The notes below the pieces were generated by a model. The model saw nothing but the letters and a program-made list of their open reading frames with translations. It was not told where the DNA came from and searched no databases. DNA of 63,565 nt, the filler included, from Choristocarpus tenellus KU-1152 (taxonomy: Eukaryota > Protista > Phaeophyceae), in NCBI GenBank assembly GCA_964200185.2. It is 12 parts of 12 records of this genome, joined end to end, with 100 filler letters (N's around TTAATTAATTAA, not from the genome) between each part and the next. Parts side by side here need not be neighbours in the genome. Positions count along the whole stretch, not along the records: positions 35,657 to 46,304 come from CAXNAD020002806.1; positions 46,405 to 56,552 come from CAXNAD020003125.1; 10 more parts are not named here. One strand, written 5' to 3'. Below, piece by piece: positions 36,943-50,702 of this stretch; position 1 is the first letter of the stretch; every line of letters begins with the position of its first letter. The translations under genes were made by a program, and so were the position numbers.

Positions 36943-38989
36943 TTTTAGATATTCTATCTTTATAAACCCATGTGCAGTAACCCAGCACTTCAGAACATGA
37001 AATATGTAGCAAGTGAGAAGACCTGGAAACATTGCCTGGAGAAAGCGTAGGAAACATGGTTTCCAAAATCTGTCCATGTGTGGCACTTCTAGTTCCCTAT
37101 ACTAGCATAGTATTGACTCTAATATATATATATATATGGACTCTGTCTGGTAAACTGCTACCCAAACACTTTCTTAACGAGGAAGAAACAATATATTATT
37201 AATAGCACAGCTTGATAATTTGCAAGAAACTTCTTTGTGGAGAATTTCACGCAATGGGTGGATGATGTTTCAACAATCACCTCAGTCGAGGAAAGTGCGT
37301 CTTCTTTGTTTATTCAACTTAACGTGGTTAGAGGTTCTGTGTGTGTGTACATCCACTCAAGTTGCCGAGGGTAATAAGTCTACAGTAGCAGGGTACGAAC
37401 AAAGAAAATAAAAACCAGAGAGTGAAGTACTGAAGACCAGCACCAGATTCTAAATTTTGAAATTTGTAGGGCAGTCAATCATGTGATGTGAAACAAAATA
37501 TTTTCTGCTTTGGAGGGGTAAAAATGGCATCAGTCCGCATAGACTTGCTGGTCTTAAAGGAATAGATATTCTGGTGAATATTTACAAGTGTTCCACCACC
37601 AGCCAGGCCGGAGCGATGCTTGCTAGGGTGCCGGAAAATGAATGCTGTCTACATATTTTCTTCATTCAGGGTCACCTAGTTCTAACAGTCACCAGCCTGC
37701 TTCTACACATTATATGTTTTGCTAAAAGTAGTGGGTCTTAGGTTTTCAGGTAGTTGAAGAATTCAAATGAAGATTTTGGCCATTGCCGTCCCTTTCCAAC
37801 TATCATGCCCCATCCAAACTTACATATTTCGAAGAGCCAAGGAGACATGACAGCATAGCAGCCCATCACCCTTGCTTACTTTCAATGAGAGGCAACGAGA
37901 AAAGATGCATCTCATTCATTCAATCTAGTACCAAACGTGTATTACAGAGGAAGTAAAAGCTGGATACAGGTTCAGATACGTGCATACAAAGACTCAACTC
38001 AGTTGTGTGGACGAACACAAACCAAGGACCATTGCACGCAATACCTTTGTGGCAAAAGGTATTGTGAACACCTAAGCGCAAGGCACCGTATGTGATCGCT
38101 GGTTGCATCAACCACATCTGTCCATGTTTCAGAAGCACTGTTTTTCACATGGGCAACAACAAGGATGCACTGCCTTTGTTAATATATGACACCCCTTGTA
38201 TTTTCAGCAGAATCTAGGCACTTCCATGTGCAGTGGACTCATTGGAGCTCGCCCACCTCTCATCATATGTGGCATGGATGTGTGTCAGGTGTGTGGTAGA
38301 TCTTTGCGGACCCTATGTGGCTGCATGAGCTATACGAGCAAAAAGTGGATTCGATTTCACATGCTACAGTCAACAACAGAGTGCGTTTGCTTCTACATTC
38401 GAAGAAGTTAGATTGTCACCAGGAGGCTATTCTTCCTCTGTCAACGCTTTGAGAATCTGATTTGTTGTGATGAACGATATGTTGGCCCTTGCACTCTCTC
38501 TCTCCGCCTTTTCCCTTTCCCCCTTCCAACGGTCAAGTATCTCAGGTTCTGTCTTTGTGTCAGCCTCAAGCACACGTACCTATTCAGTAGTATGTCACGG
38601 CAAGAAGCTGTTCCCAGTTGGTCAAATGGGGGTATGTGTTTATTTGGTGGGGGGAGGGATGGCGAGCAACCGCAGGCTTTGAACCATCTGGCAGAACAAC
38701 TAAAGAGTCTGACGAAATCAAAAATAAATGCAGGGTGTTTTGTTGACTGAATTGGGTCGTATATTTGGACTACTATACTGGGAGTTACATCTTGTCCCTT
38801 TCTCTCTGGCGGAAATGGTGACAACTGCTTACACCCCCCCTGTGGATTAAGTTTGATTTGGCTTTTTGAGGTTCCTCAGGTTTGGTGAAGCAATGGGGTC
38901 AGTGTCTAGCTAGCTGTAAATTGAAGGACAGGGGAGATTAATTTTCTGATTAGGTCCGCTGTCCTTGCTCATCGTAGACTCCACAGTCT

Positions 38990-39159
38990 GGCTCAAAGTA
39001 TGTGAGGGGTGGCAGCTGTCCAATTTAGGGCCCATTTTCCATGTCACGATGTTCTGGTGATTTGGTTGCATGTGTCAGATGGAAAATGTAAGTGCACTTC
39101 TCCTGATGAGGGCCAAATGGACACCCAGGTGTAGACCCCCCCCCCAGATACTTTGAGCA
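38990..39159 (-). mobile_element. MITE family B, complete, reverse orientation
   Basis: GGCTCAAAGTATGT...AGATACTTTGAGCA. Confidence 0.88.
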
Positions 39160-39195
39160 TCTTGTTGATGAGGTTAGTAAGCTTTCTCGAATTAA

Positions 39196-39450
39196 TAAGC
39201 CACCCTATCTTTAGAGGGGGATGTCGTTGAGTATTTGGGGCTCCTGAGATAACCTTCGGTAACACACACAGTTCCTAGTGCTCTGAAAGGTGATTTCACA
39301 CTTATGCCAACACTCGTCTCCTCTAGAGTCACACCTTCCTAAGAGAAGCTTCTGACTGACTGGATTTCAGGCATGGGAAATGGGGTGTCAGGTAGAAGAA
39401 TCCTAAAAGTCCCTCTATACCCAAAAGCGCTTAAACAGACCCCTAAGGAA
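39196..39450 (+). mobile_element. MITE family D, eroded
   Basis: AAGCCACCCTATCTTTAGAGGGG...CAGGCATGGGAAATGGGGTGTCAGG. Confidence 0.55.
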
Positions 39451-39601
39451 AAATAACTCTTTATTATGGCTCAAGAGACAAGAGAGCTCGTTTTGACGTG
39501 GATCTTTTGGATACTAATAGCTCGGTGCTTCAAAAAATGTCTTTCATATTGTGTTATACTAACAATAACACTCCTGCGGATGAAGCCCACTAACATGTGT
39601 G

Positions 39602-40545
39602 CTATGGAGTACTTGCAATTTTAAGTATTTTGTCGAGCAAAGTAGTACATGGGAAATTTGTGTAGGAAGAGTTGGGACTCGCCCAGTCCCTCACCTTTCT
39701 GTACATCTGCTTTCTGACATTCCCCTTCATGGTTGCAACACACTCCCATGCATCCAATAGCAAGACCATGAGTTCACCGTGTGGCAAACTAGGCATGGTC
39801 AGACCCAGAGATTGCCCCAAGTTGAGCGCACTCTGGGCAGTTCATATTATCACATGTCATATGTGTGCAGGGCTCATTGTAATCCAGAAATGTGGAGGAT
39901 GAATCATGCAAGTCACTTTTACCGTTGAACAAGTTAAAGATGATGATTCCACACGCAAGAAAATTGAATCACGTCTCCTGGTGTATCACAACCACCCGGT
40001 GGTAAGTGTATTGCGCCTACAGTATTAATTTTTCTCTTCGGTCGATCTTACCATTAACTTGTTCCTGTTCTGTCATAGGATCAAAAACTAAATATGCATC
40101 TCAAAGAAATACTTTCTTCCCAGGACCGTTGGTGGGCACCATTGTGAATCTAAGATAGCAATCATTGGAACCATCCATTTTCTTCGTCCTTTTCACAGCC
40201 ACTCCTCCCTCCGCAAACACGATCTCACTTTTTTTTCACAGTATTTCTTCTAGATATGATGGACCCACGAACCGACCACAATAGCAACAAGCTTCAACGG
40301 AATAAAATCGTCCCCTTATCATCTCTACCTTCCTGTGGGAAACGTCTTCTACTGAAGAAAGATTCCTAAGAAAAACCTACCATGAAGTCCAAGCCCTGGT
40401 CCATGCTCTTCAGATGGTCAACCGACTCTGCTGCAAGACCGTTTCTTTCTAGGAGGCTGATCACCTTAAACACTGCGTTATGCGTTTCTTCAAGAAGTTC
40501 ATCAGCCCCTAAACGATTTCTAGGCTTCGGAGGGTCGTCTCCCAT
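39602..40545 (-). CDS. Multi-exon hypothetical protein (exon 1 40545-40381; terminal exon 39832-39602; middle exons uncertain)
   Basis: MGDDPPKPRNRLGADELLEETHNAVFKVISLLERNG...LDFM|GTAGGT, and CAG|SALNLGQ...KIASTP*. Confidence 0.45.
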
Positions 40546-40799
40546 TTTTGAATTGATATTTGGTTCCTGTCACATAAGAGGTGAGGGATTGATGTAGTGG
40601 TGGTATGTTTTCCTTTCAGTATATAGTTTCGTGGTTGTTTGGTGTATGACAGTTACTTTTACTGGTTTGTAATCAATGATCAATTTCCATTGGAAGGCTT
40701 TCTTGTCTGATCACAACAGTGGGTTGAGTTTCTGCTAGATTTTGGTTTTCTCGACATCCTTCAACTTCCTTGAAGGGGTCTTACCTCCTGCTCCCTCTG

Positions 40800-41697
40800 A
40801 TGTCTTCAGATAGCTCATTTCCTCCTTCTCTTCCTTCGCATTTGAAACATTCTGTTCGAGACCCTGTACTCTCTCCAGCAGACAATGAACTTCTTCAAAC
40901 CACATATGTTGGTGTTCGAAATGGAGCAGCGGTTGGTTTGGTATGTGGAGGATTAATAGGCTATTTCGGCAACCGTTACCTCAAAAAAAGGATCAGCCCT
41001 CTAGCAGAGGGATGCCTTGCAGCGATGGTACATAGGAGCAGGGGAAAGTTCTGGTGGTTAACCATGTCAGTGGCAGCTTCGACCTGCGCACACTTAGGGG
41101 TATATTTGGGGTTTCAGAACACGAAGCCTAAGCTGGACGAGCTCATTGAAAGACGCAAAAAAAAGAACGATGAGGGGCAAGAACATTATACTTCGCAGAC
41201 AAACTTCCAGGTAGGTGATGATCTGGTTTATAGATGCAGGAGGTGTCGATAGGGTGGCCATACCTATCGCATACCTCTGCGTGCCCTTGTTGTTCAGTTG
41301 AACTAATTTACTCCCCTGTTCCACTTTGATACACGAGTAACCCTTGGAATCTACTCTTGATCACCCAACACCATATTCCATAGCATCAACATGGCCGCTT
41401 CAAATAAAGAGCTTCATTTTTACGTTGACCTCATACTCTCTCCACGTAACACCCCCAACTTCCCACTTACTCCAGGATGAGATACCTGCCAAGGATACCA
41501 TCGTCACCCACGCAGTACCGCGCGAAAATTCGATGGGACAAGGGACTCCTTTTCCGCCGAAAAATAGGCGTGGACCCACAACTGCTGAGGGTTTAAGCTT
41601 CGAAAAGGCAATGGCGGAGAGCAGTGCAAGGAGACAGAAGGCAATAGAAGAACATCGCCAAAGGAAAGATTCACCACCCTCAAGAGACTCCCGCTAG
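40800..41697 (+). CDS. Two-exon small membrane protein, ~210 aa (40800-41210, 41476-41697)
   Basis: Phase-0 GT-AG intron. Two hydrophobic helices (GAAVGLVCGGLIGYFG; FWWLTMSVAASTCAHLGVYLG) and a charged tail. Confidence 0.7.
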
Positions 41698-44155
41698 TGA
41701 AAACCCTCAGAGTTGATCCTCCTTTATCTTCTGAAGATGAAGTTGCTCATTAGTGAGACACTCACTCAAAGCCATTTGGTGGCTTAGCTTTTAGTTTCCC
41801 AATCACTACATAACCTCCCGCACAATGTGCAATGCAAACTTTGGTGTGCACCGGCCTTGCCTCTTCACTTCTAACTCAGATATGTTGTACAGATGTGAAA
41901 GAATTGAGAGGCAAACCACCCTTTTACCACAGGAGAAGACATATATATAGGTGTCATTTTTTCCATCCAGGAGTAGTATTTGGTGTGGCTATTTGAGTAG
42001 TTTTGACGTAAGTGTCAATACTACAGGTGACGATAATTTGATAGGTTGACCTGCAGTACAATTGCAAGCTTAACGTTTGAAAAACCCATGTGCTTGGGTA
42101 CCCTACCTTCAATCTCATTACAGCAGTCGTCCACGGTCCTTGGGGGGACATTGATCCAATTTTTGCATTCTAGCACAAGTAAGACAAGGATGTTTAACTT
42201 CCAAAGTTGCCCAAACATCCAGACATTTCATTGCAACAACCATCTGGGACTCATCCTTCACAACACTCCATATACTTAAAGATGATGCCTATCTGGTTGG
42301 ATCTTCAATTGTCTCATTACATTTGCAATAAACCACCATATGCTAAATACAGTGGGCTTACCATTTTTACAGGAATCTGTGTCTCACATGGATGATTTAA
42401 AGGGTCATTCACTCTTCATGATCCCATATATAATGAGTAGGTTATTTTGTGCACTGGGATTGGAACCTTGTCTTACACCAATTGTGCTCTGATATCTCAA
42501 ATTACCATACTTTCCACTCTTGATACTGCACACCTCAGCAGGTCACTCAATTGGGGTATGTGTCACCCTCTGCTTCCAGGCAGTGAGACTTGGCACTGCA
42601 TCTACCTGCATACTTCAAAGTCAGGAATAGTACAATATAGATGTGAATTTGCAGTCCTTGCACACACTCTCACATGTGATGGTCTTCCAATATCTCATTG
42701 TCTTTTTATCAGCTTTGAATTTACATGAGAAATATAGAGGGCCGCTATGTGTGCTTTCTCTGACAATCTAACATGTTATGTGAGTTCTACACTGTTATAC
42801 TCTGCCAATAAAAGGATGAGGATATATGTAGTTATTCCATTTTCACACAATAATTGTCACATATTTTGCAGGCATCTTGCCATGGAAGTGCATGGATGAC
42901 TGCTGGCTGGTGCACTGCTTTTTACACTAATGTACAATGTATGAACATCACCTCACTTCAAAAATAAAGCATTCACCTTCACATAAGCACCCTGGGAGCA
43001 GCAACCCCGTTAGGTACTCCTATTTTGTTAGGGTGACTGCTTCTCAAACTGGCACACAGGAGAGTAGGCATGCATACTTCAGTTGATGATATTGACCATA
43101 AGAGGCCACGAATTGCAAAAGGAGTCTTGTGGTCCAATCATATCAAGCTGGAAAGCATTTCTATAATGGTACACCAATCAATGAAGCAGAGGACCTTGCA
43201 ACAAAAATATGTTGTATGATGCAGTCCTAGAGTTGACAAACCAAAGCAATTATGAAACTTATAGCAATAACGTGACTTCAGTCAGTGTGCTTGTTGCACT
43301 TGGCCAACACAAGATTGCATATTTCCAAACTCAAAAATGTCTGTCATGTACATGCAATGGCCTCCACAGTACTAGTAACCTCTGAAAGACATAGGGTAGA
43401 AAATAGGTGGAAAGGATAACATGAAGGAGGTGCAAAGAATATCCTTTAAAAAAAAATGTTTATCTGACCACCAACCAATAACAAACTAAATACCTATCCA
43501 CTACAGAAGATTCTGCGATATAGTGCCCATGTCCTCCAGCACCACTTGCCAATCTTGTCCTTTCATCTCGCAAAATGGGTAGAACGTTACGCCATGAGCA
43601 GTTTGAAAGCCAATAGCAATATACCCAACAAGATCTCTTCCCCAGCAGCAACTGCTCACGACCTGAAGGAGATTAGTGCTTTGGAATGTTTTTTTTTTCT
43701 GCACAGCTCTGATTTCTGCCCATCCATCTTCTCTCCTTTAGGATCGCCACTCAAGTCTTCCAGCAGTGATGGCCTAATCCCTGGCCGGAGAGGGCTTGAC
43801 GAAGTTCACAGCAGGATCATCTGGGGGTGTTGGAGTACCGCATCAACTGTCGGTGAAGCGGCGTAAAGAAGGCAGTAATGCGAAGATAGAGTCGGAGAAG
43901 GCTGCATGCGTGGACATCTACTCCGAAGTACACCCTATCATGACTGTACTCTCGTCAAAGATTCCTCGGGTATTCTGTGCATGGGGATGTCAATGGTAAC
44001 CATCAACTTTACCAAAATAACAGGTTAAATTTGTTGATAGGATGCTAAATACATCAACAGCCCGAGCAAGGATGGAGGATATTATATCCAACTATGTGCC
44101 ACCCGAAATGACACCACAGGCAACAAGAATCGTGACACACCCACCGAACATCCAC

Positions 44156-44949
44156 CTACGTTCCATCATCGTCATCGTCGTCCCCTTCTTCCAAATCTGT
44201 GCAGAACGCAACTCCGCCCGCTTCCCCGGCCGTCAACAAGGTAGACGCTTGTGCAAGGAGAACCGTGGCCGCTCCCAGCTGGCTACGGAACTGTGACGAT
44301 GATGAGGAATGAGGCAAAGACAAAATCGAGGTTGGTACATCACTCAGTCGGAAATATCCTCAAGGCATGCACTGCTGAGTTTAACCCAAGCTACAATTCT
44401 GAAGTAACACATTGATATGGTACCGTGGATGCTGAGGGAGGGGAACTCTGCATGTGGTGGAGGTGGGATCTTGTGCTTGGCAATACCACAGATAATAACT
44501 TCCCGTGTCTAATTACATAACAACTAACCACATCCGATTCTAAATTTTTCCTAGGTATGTACTACATAAATTCTCAAGAAGGTAACCACCTCCCACTCTT
44601 CACGGACTGAAGTGACGCAGCACCTCACCATAACACTGTTGTTGAGGGAGGTTCGCAGCCCAGCAGCCACGCCCCCCGAAGACGCTCGAGTACTCCCATG
44701 ACTCACTTCAGTTCCTGGTGAGCACATCAGCCTGGGCATGACCGAAGATTTGAGATTCGAAGAGGAAGAGGCCATTAAATCAGAGAAAGCTTAACCTATC
44801 GTAGTGCCCACCCAGGGTACTTGGTCCACCCTTGAAAACCTACCTCTTCAGCAGCCTTACTGCTACCTGAGTTCCTACCTTCTCGTCCTTCGTGCAGATC
44901 TCGCTGCCGAGCCAGCTATCCGAGCTGTTGCTACAGCTGCTAACCTCAT
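44156..44949 (-). CDS. Three-exon 102-aa protein with a mitochondrial-presequence-like N-terminus and acidic tail
   Basis: Exons 44949-44879, 44731-44629 and 44290-44156 splice in frame: MRLAAVATARIAGSAARSARRTRR...EEGDDDDDDGT*. Confidence 0.6.
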
Positions 44950-45379
44950 GGTGACGACGATCAGGAAGGTGAGAGTGTGGTGAGGCTACATTTCTTATCC
45001 TAAATCGACGACCGACAGTAAATATGTTCCGTCGACCGACCGACCAGATGGAAAAATCTCCTTCACACATTACACCCACTTTCAATTTACAAAACCCTTC
45101 ATATTTAACACCATTTAAAACATCAAAAAAATTATTATTATTATGCTCTCTAACATTTTGTAGATGCGTCAAGGAAAAATCTATAAAAGCTATCCACATT
45201 TCAGAAAAATCCCCCAAAAAGTAACAATTGTCATAAATATGAAAAACACTAATCTATTTGCTAATTCACTATCATCAGTTGTGTTGCACCACTGCCTTCC
45301 TGTGCCTTCAACCTAGCTAGCTTATTCCTGCACCCCAGGGTGAGGAGTTAGGGAAGCATCCCAAGAATCTTACAAGCCC

Positions 45380-45990
45380 CTCCTTGGCCATCTCCCTGGT
45401 GTCTCCAGCTTAAAGTGCATGACACTTTTAGACAGAGCCACATCCGTTGTAAGATACTATATGTCGTAGGCAGGATTTGTCCGCCCCTTTCCTGGTGTAG
45501 CCTCCAGTTCCTCTCCCCCCTACCGTGTGTGTAGCTAGCTCATACAATAAACTTTCCAGTTACCGCCCAAAAAATTTCACCGTGAAGGTATTGAGGTTAT
45601 AACTATGAGGATCAAAAGAGCCCTCACAGTGGGTGCGCTTTCGCGCCTCAGCTGCAGCAGCAGCTACACCATTGATTGCTGGTGGATGAGTGTGGCAGGT
45701 GAGATGTTGCCTGCACTTCTGCAAACGTAACATCCTGGAGGAGGCCTTTGTCTCTGTAGGGAGCTGATCCGGCTTTCGTGAGTGCACCATCATGGAAGAC
45801 CAGGTCCATGCGGAAATTTCTGTTTACAGTGAATGGGCTGCCGTCCTCCATAGCGCAAGGGATGCCCATTCCTTTGCATAGTTGCCCCAGACGCTTTTCA
45901 CCAACGGCATGTGTTGGCGAACCTGTCCTCGTGCCCTAGGGCAGGTGCGGGCATGTCTGGTGTCTACATTCTGTCTCCCGCAACCAGACA
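45380..45990 (-). mobile_element. 3' relic of a non-LTR retrotransposon with a restriction-like endonuclease (CRE/R2-type)
   Basis: HARTC...H Zn motif, RMDLV, DVT, AAAAAEARK and FGR appear in the order typical of RLE domains. Frameshifted. Confidence 0.75.
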
Positions 45991-48258
45991 CCAAAATAGT
46001 AAACGTTTTAGCTTTAGGGAGGGAGTGTGAGAGGTAGGAGCATTCGCTAAATGAAATAAAAAATCTGTAATGTTCTTATAGGCAATATTACCATGGCCTT
46101 TCATTGGTTTTTCCCCTGATACAGAGCATTAGAAAAATATTGCCAATAGCAATAGGTGTGTACACCATCTCTTTAAAGTTATACAATGGTGCTTTTTCCC
46201 TGACACATCTGCAAGATGACATGCGGCATAAAAATATGTATCATTTTACCAAGTGTGCCTGCCCATAATCAATCACACTGGGTCAAAGTATCTGGGAGGG
46301 GGGGNNNNNNNNNNNNNNNNNNNNNNNNNNNNNNNNNNNNNNNNNNNNTTAATTAATTAANNNNNNNNNNNNNNNNNNNNNNNNNNNNNNNNNNNNNNNN
46401 NNNNCCCCACTCCCCACCCCAACCCACTGTTGCCAGGCATCCTAGGGTATTCATCTGACTGCTTCGCACTGTTGTAATGGCCCCCCACCTCATCCGAAAG
46501 ATTCACTAGGCTCATATTGAAGGCCTCCAACATTCCAATCTGTAGACCAGAAACGCATGGTGCAAGGCAACCAGTATTTCTGTGAGTGTAAGCCTCTGTT
46601 TAGCTTGAAACTTCAATACCCTTATCGACGCATCCCCACGGCCAATGGATATATGCGTTACCGACTCATCCAAGACGCCAAACCACGGCATAACCCCCAC
46701 TTATGTTTCACAAGAGACTGTGGCGCCAAATTTGTAGCACATTCTTCTCCATCTTCTGGTGAGAAAAAGTTGGAAGTTTTCCACCCCGTCATATCAAAGA
46801 GGGAGTTCACCCTTCCATAATGGACCACCACATACCTCTTCAGGATTTCCTTCAGATTTTTTTTTACTGAATATTCAGTACAAAGAAACCACCTCTCAAC
46901 ACAAACATGCACGGGAAAGTAGGTGTCATCCAAAGAGTCCCCATTTGCCTCATTCGACAGTTCTTTCAAATTCGCTCCCCTACATATTCCTGGCGACACC
47001 CCTCCCTTATCTCCCGCTGCAGCCCCCGTCTCCAGACGAACACCTCTGGCTGGTCCCTCCTCACCATACAAGAGCTATCTTTCAAGATTGTTCACCTGAT
47101 CGAATCCAGCTTCCTCTGGTACCATTGATCAGATGATGCAAACTTGAATGATGTCTACGTTCTCATTCATTGCAACCCATCCTCTGGGAGCCTTTCATTT
47201 GCCACCCACTAGCTCGGAGTCCTTACAGGTGGTATTCCACGTCAATTTCTACATCAATTATTGATGTTCTTAAGTCTGCAAGGGCTTGGGAACCAGAAGT
47301 GGCAAAGGACAGAGACCCCCCCATCCCACTATCTCCCTCTTTACCCCTGCATCTCTATCTATCACGCCACCTTGAACTGTTTTTGGTGTAGGGTTCCCTT
47401 GTAAATTCTCCCGCTAACATTGCAAATCCATCTCCCTCGCTCCTAACTCTTCCACCTGTCAAAAACCCTTTCCGTTCCTCCCCCACTTTTCCCCCCCAGC
47501 ATATTACAGTCAACCTCCACACCTTCAACACAACGATATATTGTACGCCTTCCATACGTTCAACATCTACGTCCCCAACTTGTTCAATCCCTCCACCTCC
47601 CACGCTCTTACTTGCTCCATGTGCAACTCCCTTATTCCATGCTGATTCTCTATATTGTATTTTTCTTTCTCTCTATCCCTCTCTCTCTCTCGTCCTCTGT
47701 ATCCTCCTCCTGTGAGCCATACCCTATTCAATCTGGACATTCCATCCCTTCTACTATCTTCTACTCTTGTCAATTCTTTCCATGACGTCACGAGTTCTAT
47801 CTATTCCCACAACTCTGAAAAAATATCAATACACTAAATTTGAATATAAGAAAAACGTGTAGTACAGTTAGACGCAGTATTTTTTAGACACGTGTACATA
47901 CCAACGTTACAGGGAAGTAAGTTTCCCCCCTTCCGCATATACCCTCAACCTACGTGGTGATGTGCACAGCAGACGATGCTCGATCAGGCCGGTAGGTGCT
48001 TTTGTCATCCCTCACACTTGGAAGTGTCTCAATCTGTTGTATTAGACAAACTTGCTGACTCCATCGTCCCTCATCCTCTTTACAAACCTGAATAATCTCA
48101 GGTCGATGTTTGGGTAAATTGACCATTCATAGTGAATTTTTCGTCCCTGACGATCACCTTGAGTCTGCTAATCATCCTCCATGCCTCTGCCTTGCCAAAG
48201 GTCGAAATCCATATCGCACACTCCATTCCATTGCGGAGAACCAATTGCCTTCGAGAGT

Positions 48259-49755
48259 ATGGCCCTGAGCCCAAGTCGTGGCGTATCAGCATATTCGTTG
48301 CACCAGCTGACCAAAAGGTGGGGGAAAGATACACAAATGTCGTTGAAAACTAGTGGGGGGTAACCTACATGCAAAATGCTACACAACTACAAGATCTGAA
48401 CATCCCATCTTGTTGAGTGTTGTAAGCTCCACGGAATGCCTACAGTATCAGCATTGACCCTCAAATATGCTTTGTTGCTTCTGCCCTGCACAGATTGGTA
48501 ATCATAAGCAAATATGGAATCAACCTCTCGTCACTGCTCACCCGCCTTTTTCCTCCTTGTTGCAAATACAGAGAAACTGGAGAGACTGGGCGATGCACGG
48601 GCTGCTGTGCAAACTCTGGGTGAGCCAACAGACCTTTTGTGCCTTTCGCCCCAATGATGGTCTGCTTCCTCTGTTGTCGCCTCGCATTGTCATGCCTTAA
48701 TTCTCTCTTAAATTATCGTGACCTTCCTTTCATCTCTAGGCCTGTCCCATCGAAGCGCATTTCAGTGCGTTACAAAGACTCGCAAGTTAGCGTTCTGTGT
48801 TATCACGGCACTGGAGCAGAAGAAATCCGTGCTCATATCGTTTCGCGGTTCCATGTGAAGGGTGGGATATACTTCGTGAATAACGATGGTGAAGGTGAGA
48901 GGGTGGCTGGGGAATAGATATTTGCTAGTCTCATTACAAACAAGGTCTGGCGGGCATATCTACTGCTTGACGTTTTCTGTCATCTCCTTGACAAAATTCG
49001 TTTTGACCCTCAGATGTGGTTCTGTCATCTTCGGTCCCTGATGGCATTAGCCTTCATCTCAGGATAACTGAGCCAAAAGCACCCTACCGTAAAAAGGTGG
49101 ACAGTGAGTGGGTGTTGCGGGAGAAGCAGAGACAAGGTGTGTTTAAGAAATTTCGTAGATGGTTCGTTTCTGTCACAGATATAGGTCTCACACATGTAGT
49201 TCCTGTTTCCTCCTACTGCCATTTATGTTAACGGCATTGAACGAGCATGATGGAAGAGTCTTTGGATAGCAAAGTGCTGTACTTTAGATAGATATCCCCC
49301 ATGTGATGTACTTGGGATACTCTACCTGTATAAACATGTGATTTTTGTTGTAGTTTGGCTGACACATAGAGCAAAATTTATACTTGATGGTAATTAGAAA
49401 CCCCTACCCAAATACTTGCACTCTTTGACCTACCTATCCACTGCTTGCCCTCTTCTTTACACCCAATTTCTGAACTTGAAGGCATAGGTCTTCTGTGCTC
49501 CATGACTGTGGCAGTTGCCATAATGTTTGTTGCCATTGGGATCATGACAATTACAACATATATGTTTATGGATCAACATGAAGGCAATGCTGTAAGAGAG
49601 TGGCAGTTTCCATTGGCAAGATGCAAGCGGTCCCTGCTTGAAGCACTCCATGGGTAAGATCTCTTGCAATGCATTTTCATTTTCACATCATACCCCCAAC
49701 TGCACCTCTCCTGGGTAGATTCATTGTTAGCCCCCCTCGATCCTTCCTCTGCTGA
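48259..49755 (+). CDS. Multi-exon protein with a PB1/ubiquitin-like domain and one TM helix
   Basis: Exons 48259-48317, 48572-48619, 48740-48894, 49014-49136, 49482-49653 and (49719-49755) splice in frame. KRISVRYKD...EEIRAHIVSRF...YFVNNDGEDVVLSS looks PB1-like. The last exon is uncertain. Confidence 0.6.
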
Positions 49756-50702
49756 GGGTTTTGTGAACCTACTTCAGCCACTGGGTGGGACAATACCATG
49801 CGAGTTTGCTCATGCTGAATATGATCAGGGCATAGTTGTAAATAGTCTGAGCAATTCCCATTTCACACAGATTGAGTATGAGGCATTGTTGGAAGTTTTT
49901 GGTTGTTGGGTTGGAAGGATGGCATTTAAGGGCAGAAAGTGTGTTGTTAGACAAAAGATCTCACTAATATTAGCCAATTTTCCAACAGGCTGCAGCCTAA
50001 CCCCTCATATCCCAGTGGTGGTACAAACTATTCAGTGTTGCACTCTTTTGCTGTTTCATTGATGTCAAATGTTCAAAAATGCTTGCATTGTGATCCAGGG
50101 GATTACTGTGGGGGTTCACCTACGTATATATTCGAAAGGGGGCTAACCCCAAGGCAAGGGCAGATCTCAGCAGCCACAAGACCGAGGCATTCTTTGGAAT
50201 GATGGCAGTGGCAGCAACAGCTCTACTCAAGGTATGATAAAGTGGTTTTACTCTGGAGCAAAAGGGAGGGAAACTATTCAGTTGAACAGCCATCTCCCAC
50301 TTGCTATTTCATGGTCCTAGTCCAGTTCTGGAGTGCCTGACTCAACTGTATTCCACTTCACCCACCAACTTTAAACCATCCCGTACCAGGAAGCTACACG
50401 ACCACTGCTGCTGTACATCTTCTAAGGAGAGATACTGGACAATCTTGCTGTGATTCCATTGAGTCTCTTCATGCATCCATGCTCAAGTTGTAAAAAATAT
50501 ACTTTTGCAGCAACCTTGAACAATTGTATTTTATGGTGATGAGTTTGAAATTATAGAATGACTTGTGCCGTTGTGTTTGCTTGTGGAGATGTTGAGACAT
50601 CCAAGGTGTTGAAAAATAATATCATGATAGTGTTTATCATTATATTGGCATAGCTTTGTTTCTACTTAGTAAGAAAGAGTGTGGCATGGTATCTATCAAG
50701 AG

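Noticed and set aside
37200-38700. Several AG...GT-bounded candidate exons (also 750-911, 42050-43660, 46500-47400)
   Set aside because: I could not establish a unique reading frame or recognisable domain without transcript data.
48740-48858. Lipase-3-like VLISFRGS in an alternative frame
   Set aside because: A stop follows almost immediately, and the other frame splices consistently with five exons.
49719-49790. TGC-TGA as a Cys-Sec (selenoprotein) motif
   Set aside because: No redox-fold context and no SECIS identified. An ordinary stop is simpler.
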